Shown here piece after piece: positions 26,079 to 39,883 of a stretch of DNA of 64,000 nucleotides (its first letter is position 1; every line of letters begins with the position of its first letter). The notes beneath the pieces are model-generated. The model had not been told where the DNA came from, did no database searches, and saw nothing but the letters and a program-made list of their open reading frames with translations. The DNA is from Gnetum montanum (lineage: Eukaryota > Plantae > Gnetophyta): positions 93,256 through 157,255 of the forward strand of contig MNCI01001683.1 in NCBI GenBank assembly GCA_015680685.1. The letters are read 5' to 3'. The position numbers and the translations under genes are program-made.

Positions 26079-27091
26079 CCAGTCATTGTGAATTCATGGT
26101 TAGCCAAAAAGACAGAGAAAAGTCCCAAATTCCAAGCATCAATCCTTTGCAATGAAACTTCAACAAAGGTATGGGACATGAAGGGACAACAAAAAACATC
26201 CTTCTCATTTCCATGATGAGGTGATGTTGTAATGAAGCTTTAGTACTTTTGTTATGGCCTTGTGATTATAGTTGCCTTGAATCATCCATTAGAGTTTTCT
26301 GCCAAATTATCCAAGTCGACAACTTTTTCCAAGTCATTTTTCAAGCGATATCTAGATTTTTTTTTCAAGTTTTTAATCATTGATTATTACATTTGTATTG
26401 TACCTTAGGTGCATAATGCATATTGAGATATGTCATTTGTCATATTGGCATTCTTTTCCAGCTAGATCCATTGGCTGTTGCTTACATTATATATCATTTT
26501 CTATGCTCATCTTTTACTTTATAATGTTGAATTGATTATTGTCAATGCTGGTTTGACTATAAGTGGAATTTTTTACAGTAGATTAATTGTTTTAAAAAAT
26601 TCCTTTTTGGGCAAAGTTTTTAGGGCTTTGGGTGTTAGCTCTTGCTCCATAGGAATGGATGTTATAGCTATATCCTTCAAGTTGTAAACATGGATGTATC
26701 CAACAACAAAAAAATCTATTTTTTATTTAGGATAAGAACAAAACTATCACTTCAATAACAAATGCAATCCTGTACGTTTTCAGTAATTTAAAAACCAGAA
26801 TTAGGAGACTTTAAACCTAGTTATGCATATTACAACTTTGTTAGTATAGTAGCGTGACACCCAATTGGAGCTTCATATCTAGATGATTGTAACGGTGAGA
26901 GTTGAGATTGTAGTAATAATATAAATATGGAACATCTGATATGCAAGAACTAATAAAATGCTAATATAAATACAATTGGAAAAAAGAAAACTACCAAACT
27001 TTCTTAGCAATATCAAACAGCATCCAGAATCAAAAAAGAAAACATAAATGAAAAAAAAACAAATGCCTATAATTACGGTTAAGCTTTAAAC

Positions 27092-30000
27092 CTCTGTTCT
27101 CCGTCCATCTAGTTCCAGAATCTGTCAAGAGAAATGAAATGGCCATAGCCATAAGCAGCAGAATCGTACTAAAGATATAGCTGTCATGAACATTTTGATG
27201 CTGTATTTCAAATTTGTCAGTCACATAGATACAGATTGACACTAAAGTGCTACAATGAATTCAAAATGATATGCTTGCCTGCCAGGCTCTGAGTGTTGGA
27301 TAATTCCATATCAATAATCCTCCAATATCAATTCCCATCTCTGCAAACCAATCACGATGACGAGAAGGAAAATCTGGGCCCACACCACTAGCTATTCCTA
27401 TTCTGCAAAACCACAATAGAAAAACTAAACATATTTTTAGAAAACAGCAAAGCCACAGTCAACGGTATACAAGAGAACAGAACGCCCTGGACCACACTAT
27501 TCAGTATACCAGTAATAGTGAGCAAAAATGCATTTCAAAGAACTGGATATTTGGAAAATGCAAAATATTTTACAAACTCTTTAATTACTTTCCAACCAAG
27601 CTGTTGGCATTGCCATTCTTCAATGGATTTGGCATCTGATTTAAAAGTTCTCTTTCTTCATTTTTTATCTATTCGATGCTAGCTAGATTTTTAATAACTT
27701 TGAAATTTATCTATTTCACCCCTTGTATTTTTTTAACTACCCCTTCTTTGAACCTTCAATTCGGATTAAGAAATTCCTTTAAAGTGAAACTATCTTTGAT
27801 CTGGATTAAATATACTTGGTAAACCATTTTAACAAACTCTTCTTATGATATTTTAACTTGACTTTGATGATATACTTTGCAACAAACTGTTGCTTCCTAT
27901 TATTTATCAAGTAGTGTCACCCCATCTACAAATAACAAGCCTCCAAAGATTGCCATCTTTGATAACTTTTGATAATTCATCCACAACAATTTATCAAATT
28001 CTGTAAATGAATTAGTTGAAACTAAAATTTATCCAAAAGATAACAAGTATTTCAACATGGATGTAAGGTTTTCTTTTTCCCAAAAAAAAAAATCATTTTC
28101 AGTTTGTCAAATATGAAACCAATGAAGAGTTCTGTTAAAGTCTCATTATAATTGAAAAATCATTTCTCATACTGCAAATGAGGTTTCCATAGTACCTTCT
28201 TAGCATAAATCCAAAATGATTTTTCACATATTATTAATTGTTGTCCTTGCTGTCTTCCACTATCCCATACCTATGGCTGACAAAATTTTAGTTCTTGTGA
28301 ACCAGTAAATTCTATGATTCTCTAAGAAATGGCATGATATTTATCCCTTGGGTAAGAATCAAGTCGTCTGGGAGTAAACATGCAGAAATATGTCTATTTG
28401 TATCTCTGTGAATCACATGTTTTTTACACCTCCTATCCTAGATGCATGAGACTAAGGAGGAAGGACCAAAATGAAATAATTCTGACTGTCTTCTTTGATC
28501 TTGTAAATATGACACCATAAGTCTCCTTCCACATTCATAAACTGTTTTTCTTTCTTTGAATATCTTATGAAGATAGCTAAATAGTCCTTATGTTGCCCAT
28601 GCATTTCCATACTTCTGAAAAACATCATCCAGCCCAAAACCCTTTGCCCTCGTCATCTCTGTAATGACTTTCTTAACTTCATTTGCATAAATTATATCAA
28701 TCATTCCAGTATACTCTGATGTATTTAACGTTGCTAATAAGGAAACTCATCATTTTGTAACCTTTAACTAGAACATTTTGAGCATCTGCTTTGGCACACC
28801 TTTTGTTTCTATTTCATAAAGGTTAGTACATGCGTTATACTTTGCTTTGCTAACTACATTTTGCCCATCTTCCGGTTCTTACTAAGTCTACTAGATTTTG
28901 TAACCAAGACATCAATTATTAAAAATCAAAATTCAAAACTTTATGTTATAAGCATAAGTTGACCTTTGGACCTGCCGTACATAATTTTGGCAGTTGCTGT
29001 TTCACAGTTTTAAGGATCTCAGCATGAATATGCAATCCAAGCCATGAACACCGAACTATAAAGTCCGCATATTTAATATTGCACAATATGCCCTGAGACT
29101 GTGCATACAGCCAGAACGGGAAAAAATGGTAATAAACGACCCAGTAGATCCCATCTCTATTTTACACTCTGAAGGAATTGTACAGTAAGCGTATAACAAT
29201 ACCATTCAGGAGATTTGAATTTTGAACTTGAAGACAATTATTGATAGTTAACCACTTAAGTTACACCATATAAATAATTAAAATAAGTTCCTCAAAGCAT
29301 AGCAACCTAGAAGACAATAATGAACAAACTATTACCAGAATCTCAAACGCTGATTCCTAGTTTATTCCTCATCCAAGGCAGAAAACAAACAGCGTACCTA
29401 TCCGTAGTTTCTGCCCAAATTTTTGCACCAAATGCGGTCTGTGGACCTGCTAATGCAAATGCATGAAACAGTCACCCACGAACAGTTTAAACGAGCCAAA
29501 TGAAAATCAGAAATAGTTTCATATTTATTATGAAGTCTAAACGTCACAACCGGCCAGAAAACAAGGTTCTAAGTATATTCAGCTACCAGCGGATCTTCTA
29601 ATGGTCCTAAAACAAAAAAAGCTTAATCATTTGAGACCAGTAAAGTTTGGATTCAAATAAATTGATCAACATATAACAGATATTCAAGTAATGTAAGAAG
29701 AAAGGGATACCTCCACCTCCGAGGCAAGCCATGCGAGTTTGGCCATCCGGGTAAACAATGTCGTCTACGATTACTGTAAACGTAACAAAATCCATGTCCC
29801 TGCAAAAGCTACTAGGCCAGAGGAGACTTTACTACACGGAGCAAAACAAAGAAATCAACCAAACAACAACGAAGAACAACTACTCTGAAGTACTCTGAAT
29901 GATGTTTGCTAAAATGTTTTATGCTACTACTGTTGGCCCATATATGCAGCAGGAAAATTGCCGGGTTTGATCATTGGAGATTTTGGAGCTCCCAGCTTGT

Positions 30001-30117
30001 TCGTTAGGTATTCAATTATCACCTGCGTCTGCGTCTAGCAATGTACTTGCAGAACATAACTATTGTGCAATGCCTAAAGTCGCGTGGCAAAAGTGAAAAC
30101 TTCGTTGTTTTCTGCAT
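27092..30117 (-). CDS. pfkB/ribokinase-family carbohydrate kinase, 5' exons (host gene, partial)
   Basis: Phase-compatible exons 30117-30023 (tentative), 29799-29711, 29446-29398, 27402-27279 and 27121-27092 give ...MDFVTFTVIVDDIVYPDGQTRMACLGGGGPQTAFGAKIWAETTDRIGIASGVGPDFPSRHRDWFAEMGIDIGGLLIWNYPTLRAWQILELDGRRTE. Carries pfkB N-terminal motifs (D...GG; G-x-VG-x-D; G-x-R). No stops. Confidence 0.85.
27560..28780 (-). mobile_element. Possible highly decayed LINE fragment in a pfkB intron
   Basis: Trp/Lys-rich coding-like remnants on the minus strand; no clean motif recovered. Confidence 0.25.
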
Positions 30118-30122
30118 TGCAA

Positions 30123-30237
30123 GGTTTGAAAACTTGAGTTACTGTTTGAAGTTGAAGGGTTTGAAAACTTGAGTTACTATAAAGAGCGTAATTTTCTTCG
30201 CGGTTTGAAAACTTGAGTTAATGTTTGAAGTTAAAGT
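30123..30237. repeat. Three copies of GGTTTGAAAACTTGAGTTA just upstream of the pfkB ATG
   Basis: Exact 19-mers starting near 30123, 30158 and 30202; two extend with (C/A)TGTTTGAAGTT. Confidence 0.8.
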
Positions 30238-31799
30238 GTTTTTTTTTTTTTCTCTTTCCCTTAAAGAAATACTTTAAGATTTTAATGCCATGGCAACTTT
30301 GATATTTGACTTTGCTTCAATGTTCTCTTTCCAAAGCCCACAAGCTACATGTTTAACCCAATGAGTGGTGTTCAAAACCTGAAATAAGTGAAACATAGGT
30401 ACACTCCAAGGTGTATAGTCTAATTAAAACTTTATATAACTAAGCATTGTCCACAAAAATCAAATCCATAACCTTGAGCTTCCAAATCAAGTGTCTTACC
30501 ACTAAGCTAATACCTCATTGTCATATTTACCTAAATGAGAATTGAATTATCAGAGTTAAAGTATATTGTCATTTTCATAAGAAGTGAATTACATGTGACT
30601 TAAAGTTTTTGGTCTTCCTAGACATTTTGCCAATATGAAATTCGTTATCATACCCATAACTTGCATGATCTAATCCACAAAGAAAGGCTTCTCTCTTGAG
30701 TTAAAGTATATTATTATTATTATTCATAAAAGAGGCATAAAGTTAATGATAGGTGACTCTAATAGTTAGTTGTAGTGTAATCCAAAAAATAAAAAATAAA
30801 ATAAAAGATGTATATATTGTTTCTAAGATTATTCATTAATATAATGATTAATGAGAATCAACTTATTACTTTGTATAGAACAATATGCTAATATAGTTAA
30901 GTAGTGGACAATGTTGAATTATAAAGTTCTATTTGAACTATGTAACTTGGGACATATCAATGTTTCAATTATTTCTTAGGACTTACCTTTGTTTCAATTA
31001 TTTCAAGTTCCAACAAACATCACACCTCCATACCCCACTGCCCCCACATCCCCTCCCCACCACACTTCCCCCACCCCCAAACCTACCTAAATTCACCCCT
31101 ATGAACATGATTGGGATTACTATTTTATATTTATGTCTTTAAAATAATATTAATAATAAGCAAAAAAATTTAGAGTACTTCCCATGCTTAACAAAAACAA
31201 CATAGAAAGAAAAAAAACTTTCCAAATTTAAAGATATCTACTAAAGTGTACAACCTTACATATAATGCGTTGAAAAATGAAGAGAGGAAAATTAATTATT
31301 TACATCACTTTCAATATCTATGTTAGAACTTAAAATAGCAAAAGTATTCAAGGTAGTAATAGAAGGCTTTGGCAAAATACCAACTTTTGTAGAAAAGGAA
31401 GATTCAATAGAAAATGATGGCCCAAATTTTTCTTCATGTTGTCCATCATGATTGACCTTAGAGAATTTTTACCATTAGCTATAGTCCACTTGTCAATATA
31501 GGTTTTAATCTTTGAGTTAATAGTATTCTTATTGGATAAGGAAAAATTGTTTGTTGTAGATGATTTTGGCTATAATGATTTTTTTAAAAGAATGATCAAT
31601 AGGTAAAATTGGGAAGCAATAATACAAGCTCAACATTAGTAAAAGATAATCCCCATGCAAAACATGATTTTGTTGAAACATTTAATTATTAAATTTGGAT
31701 GATCATTGTTGAAATAGAAGTGAGTTATTTTTTTTAATGTATAACAAAAACAATTTATGTTTTTTCTTCAAATATCTTAGATTTCTTAAATAAATAGAA

Positions 31800-32691
31800 A
31801 ATGTCACTAGGAGATACTTTCAAAAGCAAGTGCAAGGATTTAGGACTCTAAGCTTGGAAAGTTAAAAAAAATTCAAACTATCATATATTCTATTGTATTA
31901 TATGGATATGCTAGTTGGGAATATGAACTAAATGTTGATCTTTAGAAAGATATTGAAAGAGTGCAAAAAAATTTTCTTCTTGATGACTTAAAGGTGAAGA
32001 TGTAAACACCTTACTCAATGTTATTATGTAAATGTGATTTATTACCTTTAGAGGTAGAAGCCTTATGCCAATTCATTACATACACTCATAGCTTGCAAAT
32101 CTATTCTAAAGTAATTTTTTAGGATTCACAAGACCATGGTTGGTATTTTCAATGAATTCAATGCTTGAGAAAATGAAATATCTCTTGGGAGGACATGCAA
32201 CAAAATTTTAAGCATATTTGCTAGCCAATCAAGTAGAACATTTTAACACAAATATGGTCTACTGTAGAAGGCAAGAAACAATTTTATTTACATCACATTA
32301 GATCTAATAAACTAGATGCAAAAGCTCACAATATCTTAATTGCTATTCCAATCAAGTATCATAATGCTATCAACAAGTTTAGATTAAGTTTGCATCATCT
32401 TAAAATTGAAAGTGGAAGATGAATTTAACTCCTTTAAAAAGACCATATTTATAGGTTGTCTAGGTCAAGAGCCCTTGAATATGAGTTACTTGTGTTTCTT
32501 ATTTGTGCTATGACTACCTAGTTGAAAGTGTTATAATGTTACAACAAAAAACATGTATGCTTTATTTTTATTGCCCCCATTGGTGCTTAATCAAAGTCTA
32601 TCTTTATTTTTTACAAAAATGTAATATCTATTCAATAGATGCTATGGGTCTTTAGATGTAATAAAGCTTCAATTTCAATTTCAATTTCAAT
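31800..32691 (+). mobile_element. Decayed 5'-truncated non-LTR retrotransposon 3' end (RTE/L2-like)
   Basis: Remnant translation VLYG...IERVQK.F...TPYSMLL...LLPLEVE...FRLSLHHLKIESGR is typical of the post-RT region of these LINEs; ends in a (TTCAAT)n tail at ~32668-32691. Confidence 0.7.
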
Positions 32692-33959
32692 GTAATACAA
32701 GAAAGTTGGACTTAAAATTGTAAATAATAAAAATAATTCAAAGTACATTAGATCATCAACATAAATGAGAGAATTTAAACATAAAAATGAAAACTGAACA
32801 GTTTTAGGATCTCTTTTTATGTTTCCATCTCTACAACCAATCTTGAAAAACCTTCCCTCTAGGCTAGAAAAAGGCTAAGGCCTTGTCTTCATTTAGAAGT
32901 GCCCTAACAAATTTTCACTTATTCCTAAAGAATTTATTGTAAAGAGAATAAGAAAACTCTCTCTAAAGAAAAATGAATACAACACTTCAAAATAATAAAC
33001 AAATTGCAATAATAACTAATAGCTTTTCTAACTTGAGTTCATAAATATAAAGGAAATCAATAGTGCAGGATTGCTTCTACATAACAAAAAATAATAAGCA
33101 TAAACAATAAGATATGAAACTTCCAAGAAAAACACCCTTTGTTACACACTAGATTTAAAATTACTTTAAAGGTAACTTTAGGGTATGGGGTTAGTGGCGC
33201 CCATACTTATATGTATGATAGAAGTATTATAAATAAATTAGATTATTACAAATATGAGGTATTGGAACCAAAACTAGAAGACTACATATATATACCCCAA
33301 GACATTTACCCAACATGATTTACTAGCGATATGTGACTCAAGTGATGATTTTATTATCTTATTAGGCAAAAGGTTGCCATTGTAAGAAAGCATGCTTTCT
33401 TGATGGTTCAAAGGTTGTTTTCCTCCAAAATGGGAATTGAAGAAGTATGAAAATCCTTTTCGATTTCATGCTATCTTAGCCATCATTATTACTCCTTTTG
33501 AATTACATAGCCATGATCCTTTGTGAATTTTGTCACAAGGATATGCAAATGACCTTAGCTTTGGCTTTAGGCATGAGCACCTTCCCTATTCTTCAAGCTT
33601 CAATAAGCTTAGGATGATTGTTTTAATAAGCTTCAATAGTGAATCTTCTCCACCATCGCCCCCCTCCCCCCAATAGTGTAGGGATTTTCCAACATCCTTG
33701 TAGTTATGGATAAATTCTCAAAGTATGTCATATTCATTTTGTGTCCAACTCCTTGCACAATTGAAAATGCAACAACTTTATTCTTTAATCATGTGGTTAG
33801 ATGCTTTGGGTGATCTTCTAGTAGTATCTCAATTGTTGCAAATCTCATGTCAGGGTCAAAATCCTTCAACATAAGAGTTTATAAGATCTTCAAGCTCTCA
33901 TCCTTAGACAAATGATCATATGAAGAGGGTGAATCAAGTTTTGGAAAAGTACTTAATAA

Positions 33960-34400
33960 CATTTCATTTAGTTTGATCAAAGGAACTAGGTAACATTATT
34001 AGTCTTGGTACAATTCAATTACAACATTCAAAAATCTTCCACCATAGGATTTTCTATAGTTGAGCTAGCCTTAGGAAGGTAATTAACAATACCTCAAATA
34101 TTGGAAACCTCAAGGTTAAAATCCTTTTGTAGAAGAGTTTGTGAGATCTTGTACTAATAGAATCTAACTTGCTAGATTATATCTTGAAACGTTTATTCAA
34201 AATATGCAAAAGTATGCTAATAGCAAGCACAAGCCATTAGAATTTGAGGTTGGCATTGAAGATGGATTATGCCAAGAAGATAAGGCCTGAGAAGTGTGTC
34301 AGTTCAAAATCAAGACATTTTGATAATCCTTTCAAAGTTCTTCCTCATGTAAATTCATTTGCATATAAACTTTAGTTACCTTCCTGATGAAATCCAAGTT
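33960..34400 (+). mobile_element. Relic Ty3/gypsy integrase C-terminus
   Basis: LEFEVG...FDNPFKVL...NSFAYKL*LP (GPF/AY.L.LP module), heavily mutated. Confidence 0.55.
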
Positions 34401-34849
34401 AGTTAACTACGTTGATGCATCCTGGTCAACACATCCTTAGATGCATTGACACATATGTGTTGATGCTAATTCTTCATAAGCCTATATAAATGCACATACC
34501 ATCCACATTTAGGGTACCTTTAATCATTTGCATAGGAAAGCTCTTATAGTTTGTTTCCATAGAACTTAGCTAAAATTCTTTCTAAGTACTTGCAATGTGG
34601 ATTAAGTTGATTGAATAAAATTTTATTTAAGTACATGTTGTACGTAAACACTTCTGCATGATAGCAATAAAATCAAAATTAATTCCTTCCATTGCAGCAC
34701 TTGGACCAGCATGTAGTTTTTTTTTTTCCAAACACTTTACTTTAATTGCATTTTTATCTTCCAATACTTAGAAAACTAATATTTATTTCATAACAGTGTA
34801 AGTATGACCACTTCAAGCATGTTATACTAATGATTGGTAGTCCTAGCAA

Positions 34850-35167
34850 TGGACACTTGGTATGCCCAATAGCAACCAGTTGATAATCCAACAGTGTTAG
34901 TATAAGTTCAGGATGGGTATGGAAAATGGAGATGAATACTTCATGCTTAGGATAGATTAGATCACACTTAGTTTCATGGATAATTAGAATTTAATATTTT
35001 AATCACTTCATCATCTTATTGCCTTAATATTTAATAAGAAAAAAAACAAAAATATAAATATCTCATGTCTCAATCACACTTAACCATACGAATAGAGCCA
35101 ACACAAGTGATGATTGAGAAGACAATCACTAGAAACATCATATTTAACTATCTAAGATATTAGCCAT
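34850..35167 (+). repeat. Older LTR fragment related to the Athila-like LTRs
   Basis: Shares GACACTTGGTA, GTTCAGGATG, TAGATTAGA, TCACACTTAACCATAC and GAAGACAAT in the same order with 59054-59310. Confidence 0.6.
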
Positions 35168-38100
35168 CGATGAATCATGGTTTGCCAAGTGTTGTTATTG
35201 AACCCCTGATATCAAGTACAAGATACTAGGTCTGATGAGCCTCGATATCGGGTACGCAATATCAGGGCCTGCCAAGCGATATCGGACATCTGATATTGGG
35301 ACCTGTCTCATTGCCTATAAATAAGAGGTGGCGCACTTGTTTTTGGCATTAGTTCTTAGTCCCTTAGCCAAACTCTTGTAGTTTTTCCTTCTTAGAGTTA
35401 GAATTATTTCTTAGTGCATGCCCGTAGTGTGATGATTATAATTGTATGACACCTTTATCTGAGTGTGATGTACTTGGACACACACATGATCAAAAATAAA
35501 GATCGAGATTACTTCATCATTGCAACATTCACTTAGTTTAATTATTTAATTGTTATTGTTATTTATTACTTTCGTAGTTAATATCTCTTCACCCTAAACT
35601 CCTTAAACGCAGAATGAATATGACTTAATCACGAGCATTTAAGTGTGACTACTTGGTATCCTAGTAGCGTACCTAGGCCATGCGCTTGGCAATCCCAATG
35701 GTAGTTATGCATGAAGTCCAAGATGTGTATAGATGATTAAGGAACAAATGCTCATCACACTTAGGCTAGTTTAGATTCTCTCCCCCTATTTCCTCTTAAC
35801 ATAACTCTCTCTCCCTTTTCCCCCTAGCTTAGCTAAGATTATTTTCCATCACCTCCAGGAGTAGCATTAGTTTAGGAACATATCATACACCTCACTTTGG
35901 ACTAAACCATACGTGACAAAGCATATTCTAGTTTAGGTGGAAAGACAACGAACTGCGATCAACGAGTAACTATCTAGATACCACAACTAGCCTATCTATG
36001 GAGTTCAACCGGATCGTGCATGAAACACTCGTATTCATATGGTTGAGTGTAGGGGTACCTCGCCACTCCTTAGCCACTTAGGTAGGATCCAAAAAATTTG
36101 ATTAGAGCATGTGTACACACTTGAGATTTGTATGGTTGGATGTAGGGAACACTCACCACTCATCATTGACACCATTGTTGGGAATGTTTCTAGCTTTTTT
36201 ACTCTAAGTGTTTTAGATAATTAAATCACATAATATTGTTGTAGGGACACTATACACCATTATTAGAAAAATAATAATGTTTTATTCAAGGCATACTACA
36301 AAAACAAACTGAAAGATGTCTTCTTCTGACAAGGCTGATTCCCCACCTATTGATGATCCTACCAAATAACATGATAGAACAAGGACAAACACAGATGAAG
36401 TACCACAACAACTTAAGATTGTTTACATCCATCTGGATCTATACTATTCAAACTTCACCTTCATCCTTCACCAGGATGAATAGCTATGGTGGAGAAATAT
36501 GGAGGATAACATTATGTTATCACCTAACTTTATCATTACCTCCATGTTTATGGTAGCACTAATGAAGCTGGGTCTCAAACCATCAGCTCTAAAGTACTAA
36601 GTGATAGATCACCTCTCTAGAGACTACCAACCAATGAAAGCCCAACTTTGAAAAGACAAACTCATGAAGGCTTGTGATGATGCCTCCAAGGATAAAAACA
36701 TTTCAGTCACACTAACATCGTAGTCAAAAAAGAAGGACACTAAATATCTACCAAGGTGATCTTAATGCCAAGGTCATCCTCCCTTCGATGAGGACAACAT
36801 AACTCATCAATGGTTACATTCAACCTTGGCAAGAAACTAAGACAAGGGGAGAGTTAGACCCAAAACTAGGGGAACCTCAAGGCTCCCAGTCATCAAGAAA
36901 GAGAATAACCAAGGGACTAAAGAAGGAGAGCAAGCCAACATAACTGTCATAGCTTTTTGTCTTCATCATCCTCTTCATTGCCTAGCTTTGATGAGGGAAA
37001 ACATGACCAAAACCAAAGGGGAAATGATCGAAGCCAAGGTGGAGATGATAGAAGACCCCATCTTAGATATGGAAGAATGGAACATAGACAACAATAATAA
37101 AAAGAGGAGCATCATTAAGAGAGAAGGCATAGCATGCCACATCATAGGAGAAATGACCATCATAATGGCCATGATGAACATGATGACTATGATGAACCAT
37201 TACTTACTACAAGAAGCATGATCAACATTCATAAGGTAGTTCACATTCCCACCAAGCATGAAAGGGATAGCTTGATCAAATAGCTTAACATAAACAACAT
37301 TCCTAAATTTGAGGGGGGTTACACTATTAATCTGTAGCATCATCTACAAGCTTTTCATTATGCGTGTGCCTTGAAAAACATAGAGAATAATAGGCATAAG
37401 CTCAAATTGTTTCCTAGGATACTCATAAAGAAAGCTAAAATTTGGTATTAGTCCTTGGAACCAATATCTATTCATAGATGGAATACAATATTGGAGTTGT
37501 TTAATGACAAACATTATACATACTCCAAGGTGTCCAGTTTGAGGAAATAGATTCAAGAGTGGAAACAAGATAATCATGAATCTTTTGATGTGTCCTTATA
37601 TAAGTACAATTCACAATTACACCAACAGTCATGCCATGGGTTCTCTCAAAAGAAGCATCTTTGCAATATAATAGATGGACTCAAAAAAGAACTAGAGAGA
37701 CTCTTGGGATTTAAACCCTAAGGGAAACTATTAGAAATAAGACCCAAAGGCTCATTGAACATGTAGTAAAGAAAGAAGGGAAGTTTAAAAAGAAACAAAG
37801 TATAGCGGAGTACAAAAAAAATCCTTACATCTGTAAAAAGAAGGTACGTCTCTATGACCCAGAGTAGAAAGCACCATTAGAGAAGGTTGTACAAAGAAAA
37901 ACCTTGCTGATTTAAAAATTTGTCATGGAAATATCAGCCACGGTGGATAAGATATGGGGCCCATTGAATGAGAAGTTCAAAACTGCTCTTACAATTATGG
38001 AGGAGAAAATAGAGTAGGGGAATAAGAACAAGGATAAGAGAATGAGAAGGGTGCAGTAAAGGACTACCATCATCAGAAAGGTAAGGCTTTAGTAGTAGAT

Positions 38101-39883
38101 GAGGTTGTAGATTCAAACATAAATAGTAAATGGTATTTCATCTACTAGTATGACCATCCTAAAGGATGTTTCCTAATTCTATGATACTTATAAGAATTTT
38201 TTTTCTATGCCTTGAATCCAAAGCTTGCTAGAAGACAACCACCTAAGAGGTTACCTTATCTACAAAGCAACTATTGGTAATAGTTTCACCAATAGTTGAA
38301 CTATCCAAGTAAAATACTATTGCAACCTTAGATTACTATCATTAATTGAAAAAAACATAGTCATGGAGGATGCCACCACCAAGGTAGTAGTACCCTTACC
38401 GTCAACTAGATCCATATGGCTACTATGTCCAACAACCTTTGTCACCAAGTGGCTCCATAGTCCACACTTCTTCTCATCATTCCTATTCCCCCAAATATCA
38501 TAGACCTACCACTCTACATGATGAATCTCCTTCCACATATACTTCTCATTACTGTTAGTAGTACACACCCTTATTATCTACACTATTCATGCAAGGAAAA
38601 ATACCTTTACAACCTCAGTAATGTAATGTCAAAAGAGTTTTAAATTTACAAGTGGATGATAACTCAAGTGGCTCCAAGCATAACTCTAGGAAAAAACCAT
38701 TCTTCAAGCCTAATAGTCCACCAAAACCATCATAAACATCTATGGCTATGGATTTCTCTCAAATTGCCCAAGGAATATCTACCAATTCACCTTCAAACCA
38801 AGACCCCAAAATGTTCAAATTATCATGTTAACTCATGCAGTCACAAATTGGATAAAAATAGGATACCTTTGAAGGAAGAGAACTAATCTTAGAATCCCTC
38901 TAGATTATTTGCAGATTGCAAGGGATGATCCATGCAAAACTCTATTACAATAAGGTTCTAGTGTAAACTTAATTTTCCAAGATATGTATAAGCATCAAAC
39001 CTATCTCCACTTAAGAAATGTAATATTAGGTTAGAGCTTCTAGGCCAATCCATTACTATTCCATTGGAATTAGTGTAGGATCTTGTGACCACTATTAGTG
39101 GATAATCATATCTCATAGACTTCTTAGTAATCTATGTGGAAAACTAAAAAGAGGGGCTTCCAAATCATTATGGGGAGAGTTTGGCTAAGTACAATTGATG
39201 CTAAGTCAAGAATCAAAGATCTCTCATTGGAAATCTCCAAGAAAAATGAATTTGCAAAGATTGAGAAGAAGAGGATTCGATTCATCACATACAATGACAA
39301 AAGGTGTAATTGCATGTAGAAAATATGGGTAATCAAAAGCACGTCTATTATAGCATGAAAGATGTATGTCGAAATCACCAGGATTCAAAGGTGCCTATAC
39401 ACTGTAGCCACAAAAAAGGTACATACGATAGCTTCAATTTCACAATGTGCCTAAACCAAGTAGAGATTCCTAGAAATGCATATATATATATATATATATA
39501 TATAACATGGATAAGATGGAGCACATCTAGAGCCAACTATTCAAAGAAGAGTACAAGAAAGAATTAGAGATAGATTGAAGAGAGTTGGAAATCCCTAACA
39601 CTTTTGAATAGAAGCCCTTGGAATTGAAATCCTTACTGACATCTTTAGAGTATGTATTCTTAGATAATGGGAAGCCAGTAATCATAAAAGCCTAACTCAC
39701 CAAATAATATAAGGAAAAGTTGTTGAAGGTAGTTAATAAGTGGCCAATAGTCTTTGCTTGATCATATGATGAGATAATAGGAATAAATCTATGGATATGC
39801 TAAAATTGGATCTACATAGACTCCACTATCAAACCTAAGAGGCAACCACAAAAAAGGTTAATTCCAAAGATGAAATAGGTTGT
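35168..39883 (+). mobile_element. Athila-like element C, 5' part: LTR 35168-36165, PBS, decayed gag, protease, RT start
   Basis: LTR (C/T)GATGAATCATG...CACTCATCA. Degenerate tRNA-Asp-type PBS TTGACACCATTGTTGGG at 36166. gag IPKFEGG; protease IIMGRVWLSTIDA. Collinear with 58572-63120; interrupted at 39884. Confidence 0.75.
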
